Shown here: in pieces, positions 24,847-37,090 of the stretch
Layout: every line of letters starts with the position of its first letter
Position numbering within the stretch: the stretch's first letter is position 1
DNA from: Negaprion brevirostris
Lineage: Eukaryota
NCBI GenBank assembly: GCA_030324005.1
Contig: JARDVH010000001.1
Coordinates: 84,056,905-84,120,904 of the forward strand
Length of the DNA stretch: 64,000 nt
Direction: 5' to 3'
Notes under the pieces: generated by a model
Databases searched by the model: none
Seen by the model: the letters and a program-made list of their open reading frames with translations, nothing else
What the model was told of the DNA's origin: nothing
Program-made: the position numbers and the translations under genes

Positions 24847-27800
24847 TTAGTCACTTACCCTGAGTATGTAAGCATTGGCTTCACTGAAGTCCTCGTATGC
24901 TGATAAACATTTTTCATTACTTGACATTTATTTTTGATGATTATGGAACTTTAATTTTCACAATTGTTTGTAACTTAATTTCCACAATGGCACACTGCCT
25001 CCTGCCACTGCAAAACACACCACAGAGAAAAACGAAAATCCCACCCAGTGCTTTATTTTCAATCAAATAGATTAGGGGCACACGTTTAGTTTGCATGTGC
25101 ATGTTCAGTTCCTTGTGCGTATGTAGAACTTGGCTCTTGAGTGTGGGGTTTCAGTTTCGGTGTTCGACCTGTGCATATGACTGGATTTTGTTTGTTTGCA
25201 CACTGGGATCCCCTGTGTTGTGAGTGGCAGCCTCAGTTCCCTTTGTATGAGGAAGTCATTGGTATCGTATGTGGAATCTTACATTTATGGCACTTCGTTA
25301 TATATGGACTCTAACTAGTTATATCGAGGGGATTATCATACTTCTTGTGCATATGAGATTATTTTTGTTTGTCTTTTTTTTTGGGTTCTGCATTTTTTTT
25401 GCCATTCTTGTACTTTTGCCCATGAAATCTTACATTTCTATCTGATCACATATAGTTCACTCACTGCTTTCAGGCCCATCAGGCACCATTCTTGCTTTGA
25501 TCAAAAAGAGAGTGAGTTTATTAGATTGCATGTTCTCAACTTTCATTCTGTCTGAATTTTTATTTTGAAAAAGATTAGCTTTTGTTTCCATGGTACTTGG
25601 GAAGTGATACAATGAAAATAAAGATCTTCCTAAGTAGATGCATTATCTCCCAACAAATAAACCTCCACAGGTTTAAACAATGGGCAGAATTCTCCCCAAA
25701 AACTTCTAAGTGCCAAACTCACGTAAAAACAGAAATAAGTCNNNNNNNNNNNNNNNNNNNNNNNNNNNNNNNNNNNNNNNNNNNNNNNNNNNNNNNNNNN
25801 NNNNNNNNNNNNNNNNNNNNNNNNNNNNNNNNNNNNNNNNNNNNNNNNNNNNNNNNNNNNNNNNNNNNNNNNNNNNNNNNNNNNNNNNNNNNNNNNNNNN
25901 NNNNNNNNNNNNNNNNNNNNNNNNNNNNNNNNNNNNNNNNNNNNNNNNNNNNNNNNNNNNNNNNNNNNNNNNNNNNNNNNNNNNNNNNNNNNNNNNNNNN
26001 NNNNNNNNNNNNNNNNNNNNNNNNNNNNNNNNNNNNNNNNNNNNNNNNNNNNNNNNNNNNNNNNNNNNNNNNNNNNNNNNNNNNNNNNNNNNNNNNNNNN
26101 NNNNNNNNNNNNNNNNNNNNNNNNNNNNNNNNNNNNNNNNNNNNNNNNNNNNNNNNNNNNNNNNNNNNNNNNNNNNNNNNNNNNNNNNNNNNNNNNNNNN
26201 NNNNNNNNNNNNNNNNNNNNNNNNNNNNNNNNNNNNNNNNNNNNNNNNNNNNNNNNNNNNNNNNNNNNNNNNNNNNNNNNNNNNNNNNNNNNNNNNNNNN
26301 NNNNNNNNNNNNNNNNNNNNNNNNNNNNNNNNNNTGGGGGGGATATGTTAGCCAGGCCTGGAGACTTCAGTCCTGGGCCCACTAATCAGATGGAAATCTC
26401 CATTTACATAATTTATTCAGCTCCAGTGCTGATTTCTGACACAATGACATTGGAAATCTGGTGGACGGAGGCCATGGTGCCCCACGGGAAATCTGCTACA
26501 CGGCTCAAATCTAGCAGCGAAGCGAGCTGGGAAAATTGCCCCCAGTATCTTTAAATAATAAGTTGAGTAAATGTTTCTAATGCTCACTTCAGTAAGCACA
26601 GATGGCTTCTCCCTGGGTTTCAGTAACAAAGCTCTCTGAGAATATGTCACAGTTGGTGTTACATATGTTTAATAAAGCCAGAACCAAAGAGCAACTACCT
26701 GGCTCATTAAATGTGGCTTAAATTATAATGATGACATTTTCTGCTATCCTGTGCATTTTCCTCCCTGAGATAATACCAATGAGGGGTAAATATGGCAAGA
26801 TTTTACAAAATGTATCTAAAACGCAAGCTTTATAGATCCAATTTTGTAACTGGGTATGCTGTTGGCATAGCAAGCATTGAGTTAAAATGTTTTTGAAAAC
26901 CCACCCATACAAACATTGAAACGTCACAGTAAAGTGCAAAGTTCGTAAGAGAGATACTCTGAACTATGCAAGCAGAGTAGAGACCCTCAAGAGAGGGCTG
27001 GCTGCAGATTTATCTTTCTCATTAATATGCAGTGCAAGAGCCTAATGCAGCTAACAGATATGGAACAGACCGAGAAAATATTTGGATTGCTCAGAGGTGT
27101 ATTTGCCTTGTACTTGCCTGATGATTGTATGGATACACATAGGTTGTAAAATTGCAGTATTGTGTAGCAATACATTTTTTCGGTGATACTTATCGTAAGC
27201 CAAAACTGTGGTATAGCATTTTATCATGATGCAAATCTGCAATTTATTTTAGCATTGTCATCAGATAAACCGTCTGGTGGCAGATTTTTTTTGTAATTTT
27301 TTTGACATGGTTTGTCAGAAATTCTTTAAAAACTAAAAAAAACTCAGTGCAGAACACCATAAAAATTGAAAAGAGTTAAAGAAACAGCAGCCAAGATTCT
27401 CATCCAGCAACAAAAGTTTGCATTTACAACTTCTTTAACATAACGTTGCACAGAAGAGCAATTACAAAAGTTGGATTGAAAGAAAAAGGATTAGCAGTCG
27501 CTGGGTCAAAATCCTGGAACTGTGGGTCAACGCACAGTACATAGACTACAGCGATTCAAGAAGGCAGCTCACCACCACCTTCTCAAGGGCAACTAGGGAT
27601 GGGCAATAAATGCTGGCCTAGCTAGTGATGTTCCACGGATGAATAAAATAAGGAGTAAAGAAAGGATAGGTGAAAGAGAGTTCTTTAACATGGGATAAAT
27701 GGCACAGAAACAGATCATTCAACACGAGTCTATAAACATGTTTTAAAAGAGGAGTGACAAATGGGTGTATAGAGTAAATTCCACAGTGTCATTATTCAGT

Positions 27801-28171
27801 CTAGGTAGTTGGAGGCATTGCCCCTAGTGGTCAGGTGAAAAGATAGGTGATGCACAAGGGACCAATGTTGAAGAAATGAAGAATCAAGGATGTTGACGGC
27901 CGGGGGGAGATTACTGAAACAGACAAGGGCAAGACTGTGGACTGATATGAACAGAATTTCAAATGAACATTAACCTATATGCCTACTGGTTATTGAGAGA
28001 ATATCCTTTTAGGTACAAAGGCCACAGCATTACAACATTGTGTACAGATGTGCGATTGGTGATGTGTTTGGTTGAGGGATTTCTGGAACCTGGAAAAGCG
28101 AATGCATTTCTTGAATTGTGCTGGCCTCTCAGATTGCTGTTGCCAAACATTAGTATAAGTCGTGAAGTTCT

Positions 28172-30427
28172 CAGCCATGTTGAATAATGAAGCTTTCACT
28201 CCCTTTGACAGCAAACTAGTCAATAATTAAGATGTTCCCAATACAAGCGTGGAAAGAGCCCTGGACATAAATCATGAAGGAAAAGGTGATTGGTAATATA
28301 ACATTATACATAGCGCAATAAGATAAAAGCAAAATACTGCAGATGCTAGAATCTGAAACAAAAACAGAAAATGCAAAAAATTTCAATAGGTCTGATAGCA
28401 TCTGTGGAGAGAGAACAGAGCCAACTTTTTGAGTCTGGGTGCTCTGACGACGGATCATCTAGACTCAATGTTGGTTCCATTGCCTCTCCACAGATGCTGT
28501 CAAACCACCTTAGTTTCTCTAGCATTTTCTGTTTTTGTTACATAGTGCAGTTATCTTCTGAAGAAAATAACGTATCCCAGTTTTTTTTCAGCTAAACCTT
28601 AGCTTCATTTGCATATTACTACTGTTAATGAAAAATAAGAATATTGGCCCATGGCTTCCGAGCTCTAGGACGGTGCATCTGGGGGGGTACCCCAAGATAC
28701 ACTAGGGGATTAACTCACACGCTTTCACCCCCGCTGCCCAAAACATTCAATTGCCTGGGATTTTCAAATTTCCTTTGGACAAATGCGCTATTACTGAGAG
28801 CCATCTGATAATGTATTTTAAATTGTAAACTTTGGATGGTCCCAGCTAACATACAACAATAATTATCCAGAAAAAGTTAGAAAAACTGAAACCACTTCTA
28901 GCTTCAGGGTAACTATTATACTGACTTCCACATGTCCTAACACACACGCCACTGGGGACTCTCCCCAATCTCTGACCAACTATAGGACTGCCTCCCCATC
29001 CACAACAACACCCTTGTAGCCCCCACTGGACTCCTCCAATCCCCCACTAGCTCTCCCAGCTATCTTCTTGGCCACTGCCTTCCCCATGTACTATCCCTAC
29101 ATCCCCAATTCCCCAAACAACTTCCCCACCCTCTTATTACGCTTTCAAACCCCACGGGACCCCTCCAAATACCCTACTAACGCTCCCCCCATTACTCTCC
29201 TAACTCTCTGTCCCCATGGGACTCACCTACCTCCTACTACCATCCACCACTCCTACTCCCCTATCGATTATACCTCTTAACGACCATAGAACTCCCACTA
29301 TGCTCCATGGTCTATCCCCAGCTTGATCCTCCCAAATGATTCCCCCAATTCCCCACTGAGAATGCCCCAGCACCTCTGTGGGAATGCTCCTTTCCAAACC
29401 TCCATGGGACTTGATACATCCCATACCTCCCTCATCATGCCTCCCCCCACACTACTCCTCCGACTGCCCACACCACTTTTCCCTTCGCACCCCACCATCC
29501 CATTCACCCCACTGCTGCCTCTGCATCATGATATAAAAAGGGGGTGTGGCTTACTTACCTTTGACTCTTTTGGATGTGACAGTTGACCTTTAGAACCCAC
29601 TGCACTGGAGCAGCCCTGCCTTGCTCTTGTTGGTTCTGTTTTGCCAAGTCCGGTTCTAGTGGTGCAGAGTGCAATCCTCATGGAGTGCAAGAAACTAGAA
29701 TGTGAAAACAATTTTGCGCCAGCTCACATTTAAATGGAGGCTTCATGACGGTGTCTGCATTAATGTCAGTTTCATTTAAGTGATATAAACTCATTAAATG
29801 AGCGATGCAGCACTATGGCATTAATGGACACTTCACTCTTAAGTGCCTAATCTGCCATCTTAATTGGTCGTTTGCACATATTGAAAATGTTAGCAGTCAA
29901 CTTAAAAGTTCTTCCCACAGCAATTTTATTACAGGGAAATGAATGGTAAGTAAGTCCTATACCACAATCTCAACAGGCCTGATAATGATCATGTATTTCC
30001 CATCAGTGTGAGGATTAACAGTTTCTGTAATTTCTAGGTTGCAGTAATATATTTCACAGAGAAGACCATCCATTAATCTGCCTTAACAATTCAAACTTTT
30101 TTCTTTTCTGTGAGACATTGTTATTATTATTAATTTTAATAACCATGCTTCCCTTCAGATGCCAGGAATTTCCATTTTGTAATTCCAGAAGTTTTCTGTT
30201 ACTTTTGCTAAAGATTTTGTTTTAAATGGGCTGTTTAGTCTTGATAGTCTCAAACCTGCAGTGTTTTGCTTTTATTTTGTTACACTATGTGTAATGCTAC
30301 ATTGTCAATCACCTTTTCTTTCACGATTTATGTGCAGGGCCCTTTCCATACTTGTATTTGGAATGTCTTAACTATTGACTAGTTGGCTGTCCAAGGAAGT
30401 GAAAGCTGCATTATTCAACCTATGCTG
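28172..30427. repeat. Inverted duplication, arms 28172-28342 and 30256-30427
   Basis: Ungapped manual alignment, about 24 mismatches in 164 nt. Confidence 0.9.
28321..28538. mobile_element. Palindromic Penelope-derived short element
   Basis: Two inverted arms meeting at ~28440; CTGACGA at 28444; flanks tacatagcgca / tacatagtgca. Confidence 0.75.
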
Positions 30428-30494
30428 CTAGTCCTGGAGATAATACAAAAAAAAATTGTCTCTGTTTTAAAGAATTTTTCGAGAGCAGTTTCTC

Positions 30495-31352
30495 CCCTCT
30501 AACCTTAAATTATGCCCTCTAGTTTTAGACTAGCCTATCTTTGGGAAAAGATATTGACTATCTAGCTGAGCTATGCCCCTCATTATTTTAAAGACCTCTA
30601 TAAGATCAGCCCTAAGCCTCCTACGCTCCAGAGAAAAAAGCTGCACTCTATCCAGCCTCTCCTTATAACTCAGACTATCAAGTTTTGGTGATATACTGGT
30701 AAATTTTTTTTGCACTCTTTCTAGTTTAATAATACCCTTTCTATAACAGGGTGACCAGAATTGTGGACAGTATTTCAAGTATGGTCTTACCAATGCCTTG
30801 TACAACTTGAACAAAGACGTTCCAACTCCTTATTCAATGTTCTGACCAATGAAACCAGCACACCAAATGCCTTTTTCGCCACTTTGTCCACATGTGACTC
30901 CACTTTCAATGAGCTGTGAACATGTACCCCTCTCCATCAGCCCACCGTCCTAATTGATCAAGATCCCGTTGCAATCCGAGATAACCTTCTTCACTGTCCA
31001 CTATGCCACCGATCTTGGTGTCATCTGCAGACTTACTAACCATGCCTCTTATATTTTAATCCAAATCATTAATATAAATGACAAATAACAGTGGATCCAA
31101 CACTGATCCCTGAAGCACACCGCTGATCACAGGCCTCCAGTTTGAAAAACAACCCTCTATAACCATCTTCTGTCTTCTGTTATCAAGCCAATTTTGTATC
31201 CATTTGGCTATCTCACCCTGGATCCCATGATATTTAATCTTTTGCAACAACATACCATGCGGTACCTTGCCAAAGGCCTTGCCAAAGTCCATGTAGACAA
31301 CATCAACTGCATTGCCCTCATCTACCTTCTAGCTTCCTCCTTCAAAAAACTC
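30495..31352 (-). mobile_element. CR1 LINE RT and C-terminal fragment
   Basis: [12 protein letters not shown]...[22 protein letters not shown] and LYKALVRPYLKYCPQFWSP. Confidence 0.9.
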
Positions 31353-33279
31353 TAACGTGAATTGTCCTACTTTTTGACCATCCTAGAAAACAACATGACT
31401 GTCAACGGGACACTGAATCACACTGCTTTCCACATTGTTACAATTTGGAAAAGGCTGGTGAACCTAGTTGGTCTTTCCTGTCCATTTTTTTGCGTGCCCA
31501 TATGATATGGGAATATAGCTGGTAAATGCATTTAGGACAATTTGCCCTGGAGAAGGATAAATGCTGATACTGGTTGGACCTGTTGGCTTATTTCCATTTT
31601 GTAACTTGTATGTTTTTTGTACGTAATTCTGGGAGCTCAGTTCCAATTTGAAAATGAGATGGGCCCCAGAATTCACAGCAGACTTGGCCTATCTTCCAAA
31701 GAGCAGGCCCAAACAATCCTCTTTTTTTATTCTGCTCAGAATTTCACGCAAGTGGAAACAAATTTTTGACATATTTCAAACCATGCCAACAAAAATGTTG
31801 TCATCTGATTCTGAAAAAAGTATTAACTGTATTAATTCTGCTGGACCAGGAATGCAGTATTAAAGGGAGGTTTAGAAAGACTGAAGTGAGTGACTTGTGC
31901 ACTGTATAAGCAGAGGAAAGCTATCAATGCTGTTTCTGTTTGTCCCTTGATGCTGCAAAGAAAAAAATTGGCAATTTGTTGAAAAGCCTTCAGTCAAATA
32001 TATAAAAGTTGTCTCCTTGCATCAGCAAGCTGTTGCTCTCCTTCCCAGGCTCACTTTGGCAACATCGTAGTTCTGTAATCAGATAACAAGAATTAAATTG
32101 TAGATGCATTGGCAATAGTAGTAACAAACACAGACAGACAATTGTAATAAAAGCACATTGAATCACAACATACTTTTTTCCTGTGCTCAGTAACCAAAGT
32201 AGCACTGCATTTGTAATCCCACGTCAAAACTCAAGGTAACATGATTCACTCTGGTGTTTTAGTATTAATTGAGAAATAATACCCTGTGAGTGGTTTATTC
32301 TGATGAGAACTGGTTTGTTTCATCTTTGAAGTTGAGAGAGATAGTGGTTATGCTCCTCTGATTAACCACTACCACTACCTTCTCAAATACAATTAACGAT
32401 GGGCAATAAATGTAGCCTTGCTAGCAATGCACACATCCCATGAACAAATAAAACAATGGTTTTTATTAATGTTGTGACTGAGATGGGAACAACATTATTC
32501 TACAGTTAGTATCTAATGTTCTTAAAATATTATATAGTAAGAAATGTCTTTGTATTGCTCTCCAGAGAAATACTTCATGCACAGACATAGATCATTAATC
32601 ACATATACTCATTTTATACTTTTAAAAAGATCACCATTCAGGAAATAAGCATTATCAATGGGAATCCCATGACATGCTTGTAAACAGACAGGATTTAGTC
32701 GATCATAATTAATCTGAAATATTCAGGGCTTGTACTTATGCTGAGTTTTCAGCTGCAAATGACACGAAATTCAATTGGGATAGTGCAAAGTGGTGTTGCA
32801 GTTTAAAACGTATTTCTCATTATGTTCCAAGAATCTCAGTTTATCCGGCCCAAAGGCATTGAAAATCACATTGTCACCAAATATGGGAAGCTACGTTCAA
32901 TTCTTCAGAAATTCAAGTTGGGGGCTTGGAATTTTGTAAGGCTTTTCTTTGCCTCCACTGTAATTTCAGTAGCATCTAGAACCTCAGCAGATTCTTGACA
33001 GAAATGGCCACTTCTCATTGATCTCTCACTGAAATTATTGTAGGAAATGTGGAGAACTTCCATGGAATTCTGAGGCTGTAGTGTCAGACAAGACCTCACT
33101 TTATTACTTTGTGGAAACAAGTTTACTGATTAAAATGAATGTTGCATTGATGAAACTCTTGACTAATTATCTTATTTGCCAACAATTTAATATGTGTGGT
33201 TGCAGCCAGGTGTGAATGGTAGAATGGCTCCCCTCTTTTTCCACCTCTCCGCAGTCTGCAAGTTGTTAACTAATTCAAT

Positions 33280-33406
33280 GGGCTGGATTTTACGGCCTCG
33301 TTCATCCTGAAACTGTAAAATCCCATTCGAGCTAAATGGACCTTTCCATGGTCCTACCCTCATCTGCTCCAATTCCTGTGGTGAATGGGGCAGTAAAATT
33401 TTGTCC
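33280..33406. mobile_element. 127-bp MITE, TSD AAT
   Basis: gggctggattttac...gtaaaattttgtcc; reverse-orientation relative of 18132-18258. Confidence 0.8.
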
Positions 33407-33779
33407 AATGAGTTTTATTTATTCAAGTGCTGTGACTATAAAAGAGAAATGAAAATAATATTTATTGGACTTAAAACAATATGTAAAAATAAATTGTGCC
33501 AACTCTCACAGACAGATGCTTTCAAGGGATTGACACACGGAGATGCATAAAAAGAGGCAAGCTAAACGGTTTAAGACTCTGAGAAATTCAATCATATGGA
33601 TCCTGCAGGTTGGTGATTTGGATATTTTCGGTGATCTTTCTGGATTCTGCATTTTGACACTTGAAAAATATTGATGCATTGAAGTTTTATTTCTTTTGAT
33701 GCTTTTTACCTTTTATTTCATTGCTATTATTTCTACGCCATCGCTTCTCTTTCCTCATTTTGAAAAAATATTGGCATCA

Positions 33780-35748
33780 ATTATTAAGGAAGTATTGAAG
33801 AACATTTGGAAAATCACAATCTAATTAATTAGTCAGCATGATTTCATGAAAGGGAAATTGTGTCTGAATAGAGTTTTTCAAGGACGTGTCAACCACAGTG
33901 GATTGACGGGAACAATGTTGCATTTGGACTTCCAGAAGGTGTTTGACAAGCTAACTCACAAAAGGTTAAGCCATGAGATAAGAGCTCATGATTTTGGAGG
34001 TAGTACATTGACATGGACATAGAATTGTTAATGTGCAGAAAACAGAACAGGAATAAGGAGTTAATTTTCAGGTTGGCAACCTGTAACCAGAGGAATTCTG
34101 CAGGAATCAATGATGGGATTGTAACAGTTTACAATATATATTAATGGCTTGGAGGAAAGAAGCCAACTTACAGTAGCCAAATTTGCAAGTTACACAAAAT
34201 TAGGTGGAAAGAGAAGATGTGAGAGGGATACAAACCATTTAAAATTAAGATATTGACACATTAAATAAGTAGGCAAAAAGTTGGTGCAGGAAGGAAATAA
34301 AATGAGTTGAGCCTTGGAGGCCAAGTTGAACTTCAAAAAGTTTTTATTCCACATGCATGAGGGAGAGCTGGACTCTATCCTGAGATCTTAGGTTTTTTGT
34401 GAGTCCTTCTCTGCCCTTGGTAGATTGGTACAGGTTAATATACTGTTCTGAGTCACAAAGGTTTACATTAGCATATTAATACCTCAAATTGGATATGAGA
34501 TGGTTCTTCTAATCTCATTATGTAGACTGCATTGTTTAGTACAACTTCGTTAATCAGTTCCGTTTATCCGATTATAATGTCAAAGCGTTATATTTGGCCA
34601 ATCGATTTGCAGTGATGTGTTAATTCTTCCCCACCTCTGTTAGATGATCATGTTTTACAGAAGACTATACCTTCCCTAGACTATATGGAGCCTGGCTGTC
34701 TTAATGCTGGTTCTCCAATTGTTGTGATAATTCGGAACAATCTCCTGCACATCAGAAGTTGATAGCATGTGTTAATCATTATCTGTTAGCAGAAGAGACT
34801 TCTCGCTGTCTACATTAACCCTTTTCTGCCCTCTGGTGATGCCTGGCTCTCTGGGCTTGCTCTATGTAGCCCTACATATATTATGCTGAAATTAAATATG
34901 AATGGACATATAAATTAAAATATAGGAGACATTCCCAATATTGCCCTACAACAGTTGGGAAATGAGTGTAATGTAGGGAAATATGAAGTTGTTCATTTTG
35001 AGAGGGAGAACATAAGAACAGTGTATTACTTAAATGGAGAAAACGCAACACAAAGGGACTTGGGGGTACTTGTGCATGAAACACAAATTTAGCACATAGG
35101 TGCAGAAGGTAATCACAAAGGCTGAAAGAGTGTTGGCTCTTGCTTCAAGTGGGTTGAAGCACAAGAGTGGGGAAGTCTTGCTGTAACTGCACAAGGTATA
35201 GGTGAGACCAAATCTGGAGCATTGTGAGCAGTATTGGTCCTCTTATTTAAGGAAAGATTTGATTGGAGGCAGTTCAGAGAAGGTTCACTAGGATGGTCTC
35301 CGGTAAGGAGGGATTGTGTTATGAGGAAACAGTAAACAGGTTGGGACTCTACTCATTAAATTCAGAAGAATGAGAGATGGTCTTATTGAAATATAAAGGA
35401 TTCTTAAGGAGCTTGACAGGGTAAACACTGAGAGGATGTTGCACCTCATAGAAGAGTCTTGGACATAGTCTCAAAATAAAGGGGCAACAATTTAAGAATG
35501 AGAAGAGGAACATTTCTTAACTGAGGGTTGTGAGGCTTTGGATCTCCTTGCCACAGANNNNNNNNNNGCAAAATCCTTGTTTGCATTTAAGACTGAAATA
35601 AATAGATATTTGATCCGTAAAGGAATCAATGGGGAAAGGGCAGGAAAGTGGATATGAGGAATGTTGAATCAGTTGTGATCTCATTGACTGGTGGAGCATG
35701 CTCAAGGGGCCAAATGGCTTACTCCTGTTCCTATTTCTTATGGTCTTA
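33780..35748 (+). mobile_element. CR1 LINE 3' portion split by a solo LTR
   Basis: QHDFMKGKLCL..., DFQKVFDK..., LEAVQRRFTRM; tail cctatttcttatggtctt. Confidence 0.85.
34285..34953. mobile_element. Solo LTR, 669 bp, TG...CA, 5-bp TSD GTTGG
   Basis: GTTGG at 34280-34284 and 34954-34958; CR1 is continuous across the site; AATAAA on the minus strand at ~34343. Confidence 0.75.
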
Positions 35749-35849
35749 AAGCAACTTGTGCCCTTTCAAATAATCGTCCATTTCTTCTGCAAATTTCTTG
35801 ATTTATTGTCACTTCCAAACATTTTTCCTGTAGCTCCATGTTAGAATCA

Positions 35850-37090
35850 CTCTAACTAGATTTCTATCCTTGCTACAGCACTGAAATGGCCCTCATATGT
35901 CACACATTATCTTTTTGTAATTGTAGTCCATATCTATGCTTGTCCTTCTCAAAACTCCTGTTTGAAACTTGAACCACACAATCATCCATAACACCTTTCT
36001 GTCACTCTCCAGATCAATGGAACTGCTGCTCATTTGCTTTAACTCTTGCCTATACCAGAATAATCCTCAGAATAACCCTTCTCTCAGCCATGTGTTTCCC
36101 ACCAGCGGGAGTTGGCATATTGCTTGCTAATGGTGGATTCTCTGGTCTCACCACTGTCAATGGGAATTCCCATTGATGTGAACAACTGGAGAATTCTGGC
36201 CATAATGTCTTCTCACCCACTCCCCCGAGTTCCCCATATTATTTGCAAAGGTCCCAAACATCTATTCCCATGCNNNNNNNNNNNNNNNNNNNNNNNNNNN
36301 NNNNNNNNNNNNNNNNNNNNNNNNNNNNNNNNNNNNNNNNNNNNNNNNNNNNNNNNNNNNNNNNNNNNNNNNNNNNNNNNNNNNNNNNNNNNNNNNNNNN
36401 NNNNNNNNNNNNNNNNNNNNNNTATTGTCTTCAGCCCCAACCATAGATTTAGCATCTTAGGAATCAATTCCATCTGCCTCCCTGGTTATTGCTTCAGTTT
36501 GAACTAGACAGTTCATAAACTGTGTGAACTATTTGACCCTGAGCTGAGCTTTTGTTCCCATATCCTCTTCATCATAAAACTATCTACTGCAATGGCATCC
36601 ATCATTCCCAGATTCAGCTATCCATGCGTTTGACATCTCTAGACTCAAATATTTCATTGCTCTTCTGATTGGATTCCTACAATATGGAAACATAGAAAAT
36701 AGGAGCAGATGTAGGCCATTCAGCCCTTCAAGTCTGCTCCACTATTCATTATGCTCATGCTGATCATCCAACTCAGTAACTTATACCCGCTTTCCCCTCC
36801 ATATCCTTGATCCCTTTGATAAAACATTCTTTGTAAATTTCAATTCTTTCAAAACATTGCTGCCCATATCCTATTTTCAGCAAGTCCTGTTTTCTCCATC
36901 ATGTTAATGCTTGCTAATGTAAAATTGCTCTCATTTCTAAAGTGTCTCAAATTATAATTCTCACCACATTGAAATCTCTTCAATGTCTCGTTCTCTATCT
37001 GTAACTTAACTAGCACACAACTTTCCAAGAATTTTGCATTCCTCCAATGTTGCCCTCCTGTGCATCTCCCACTCCCTCCTCCCCACTACT
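35850..37090 (+). mobile_element. Old L2-clade LINE fragment with nested insertions
   Basis: FYPCYSTEMAL resembles the L2 motif FRxxHSTETAL; degenerate downstream RT sequence. Confidence 0.5.

Noticed and set aside
29935-29945. 11-nt plus-strand microexon (tacag|GGAAATGAATG|gtaagt)
   Set aside because: Not frame-preserving and no supported partner exons.
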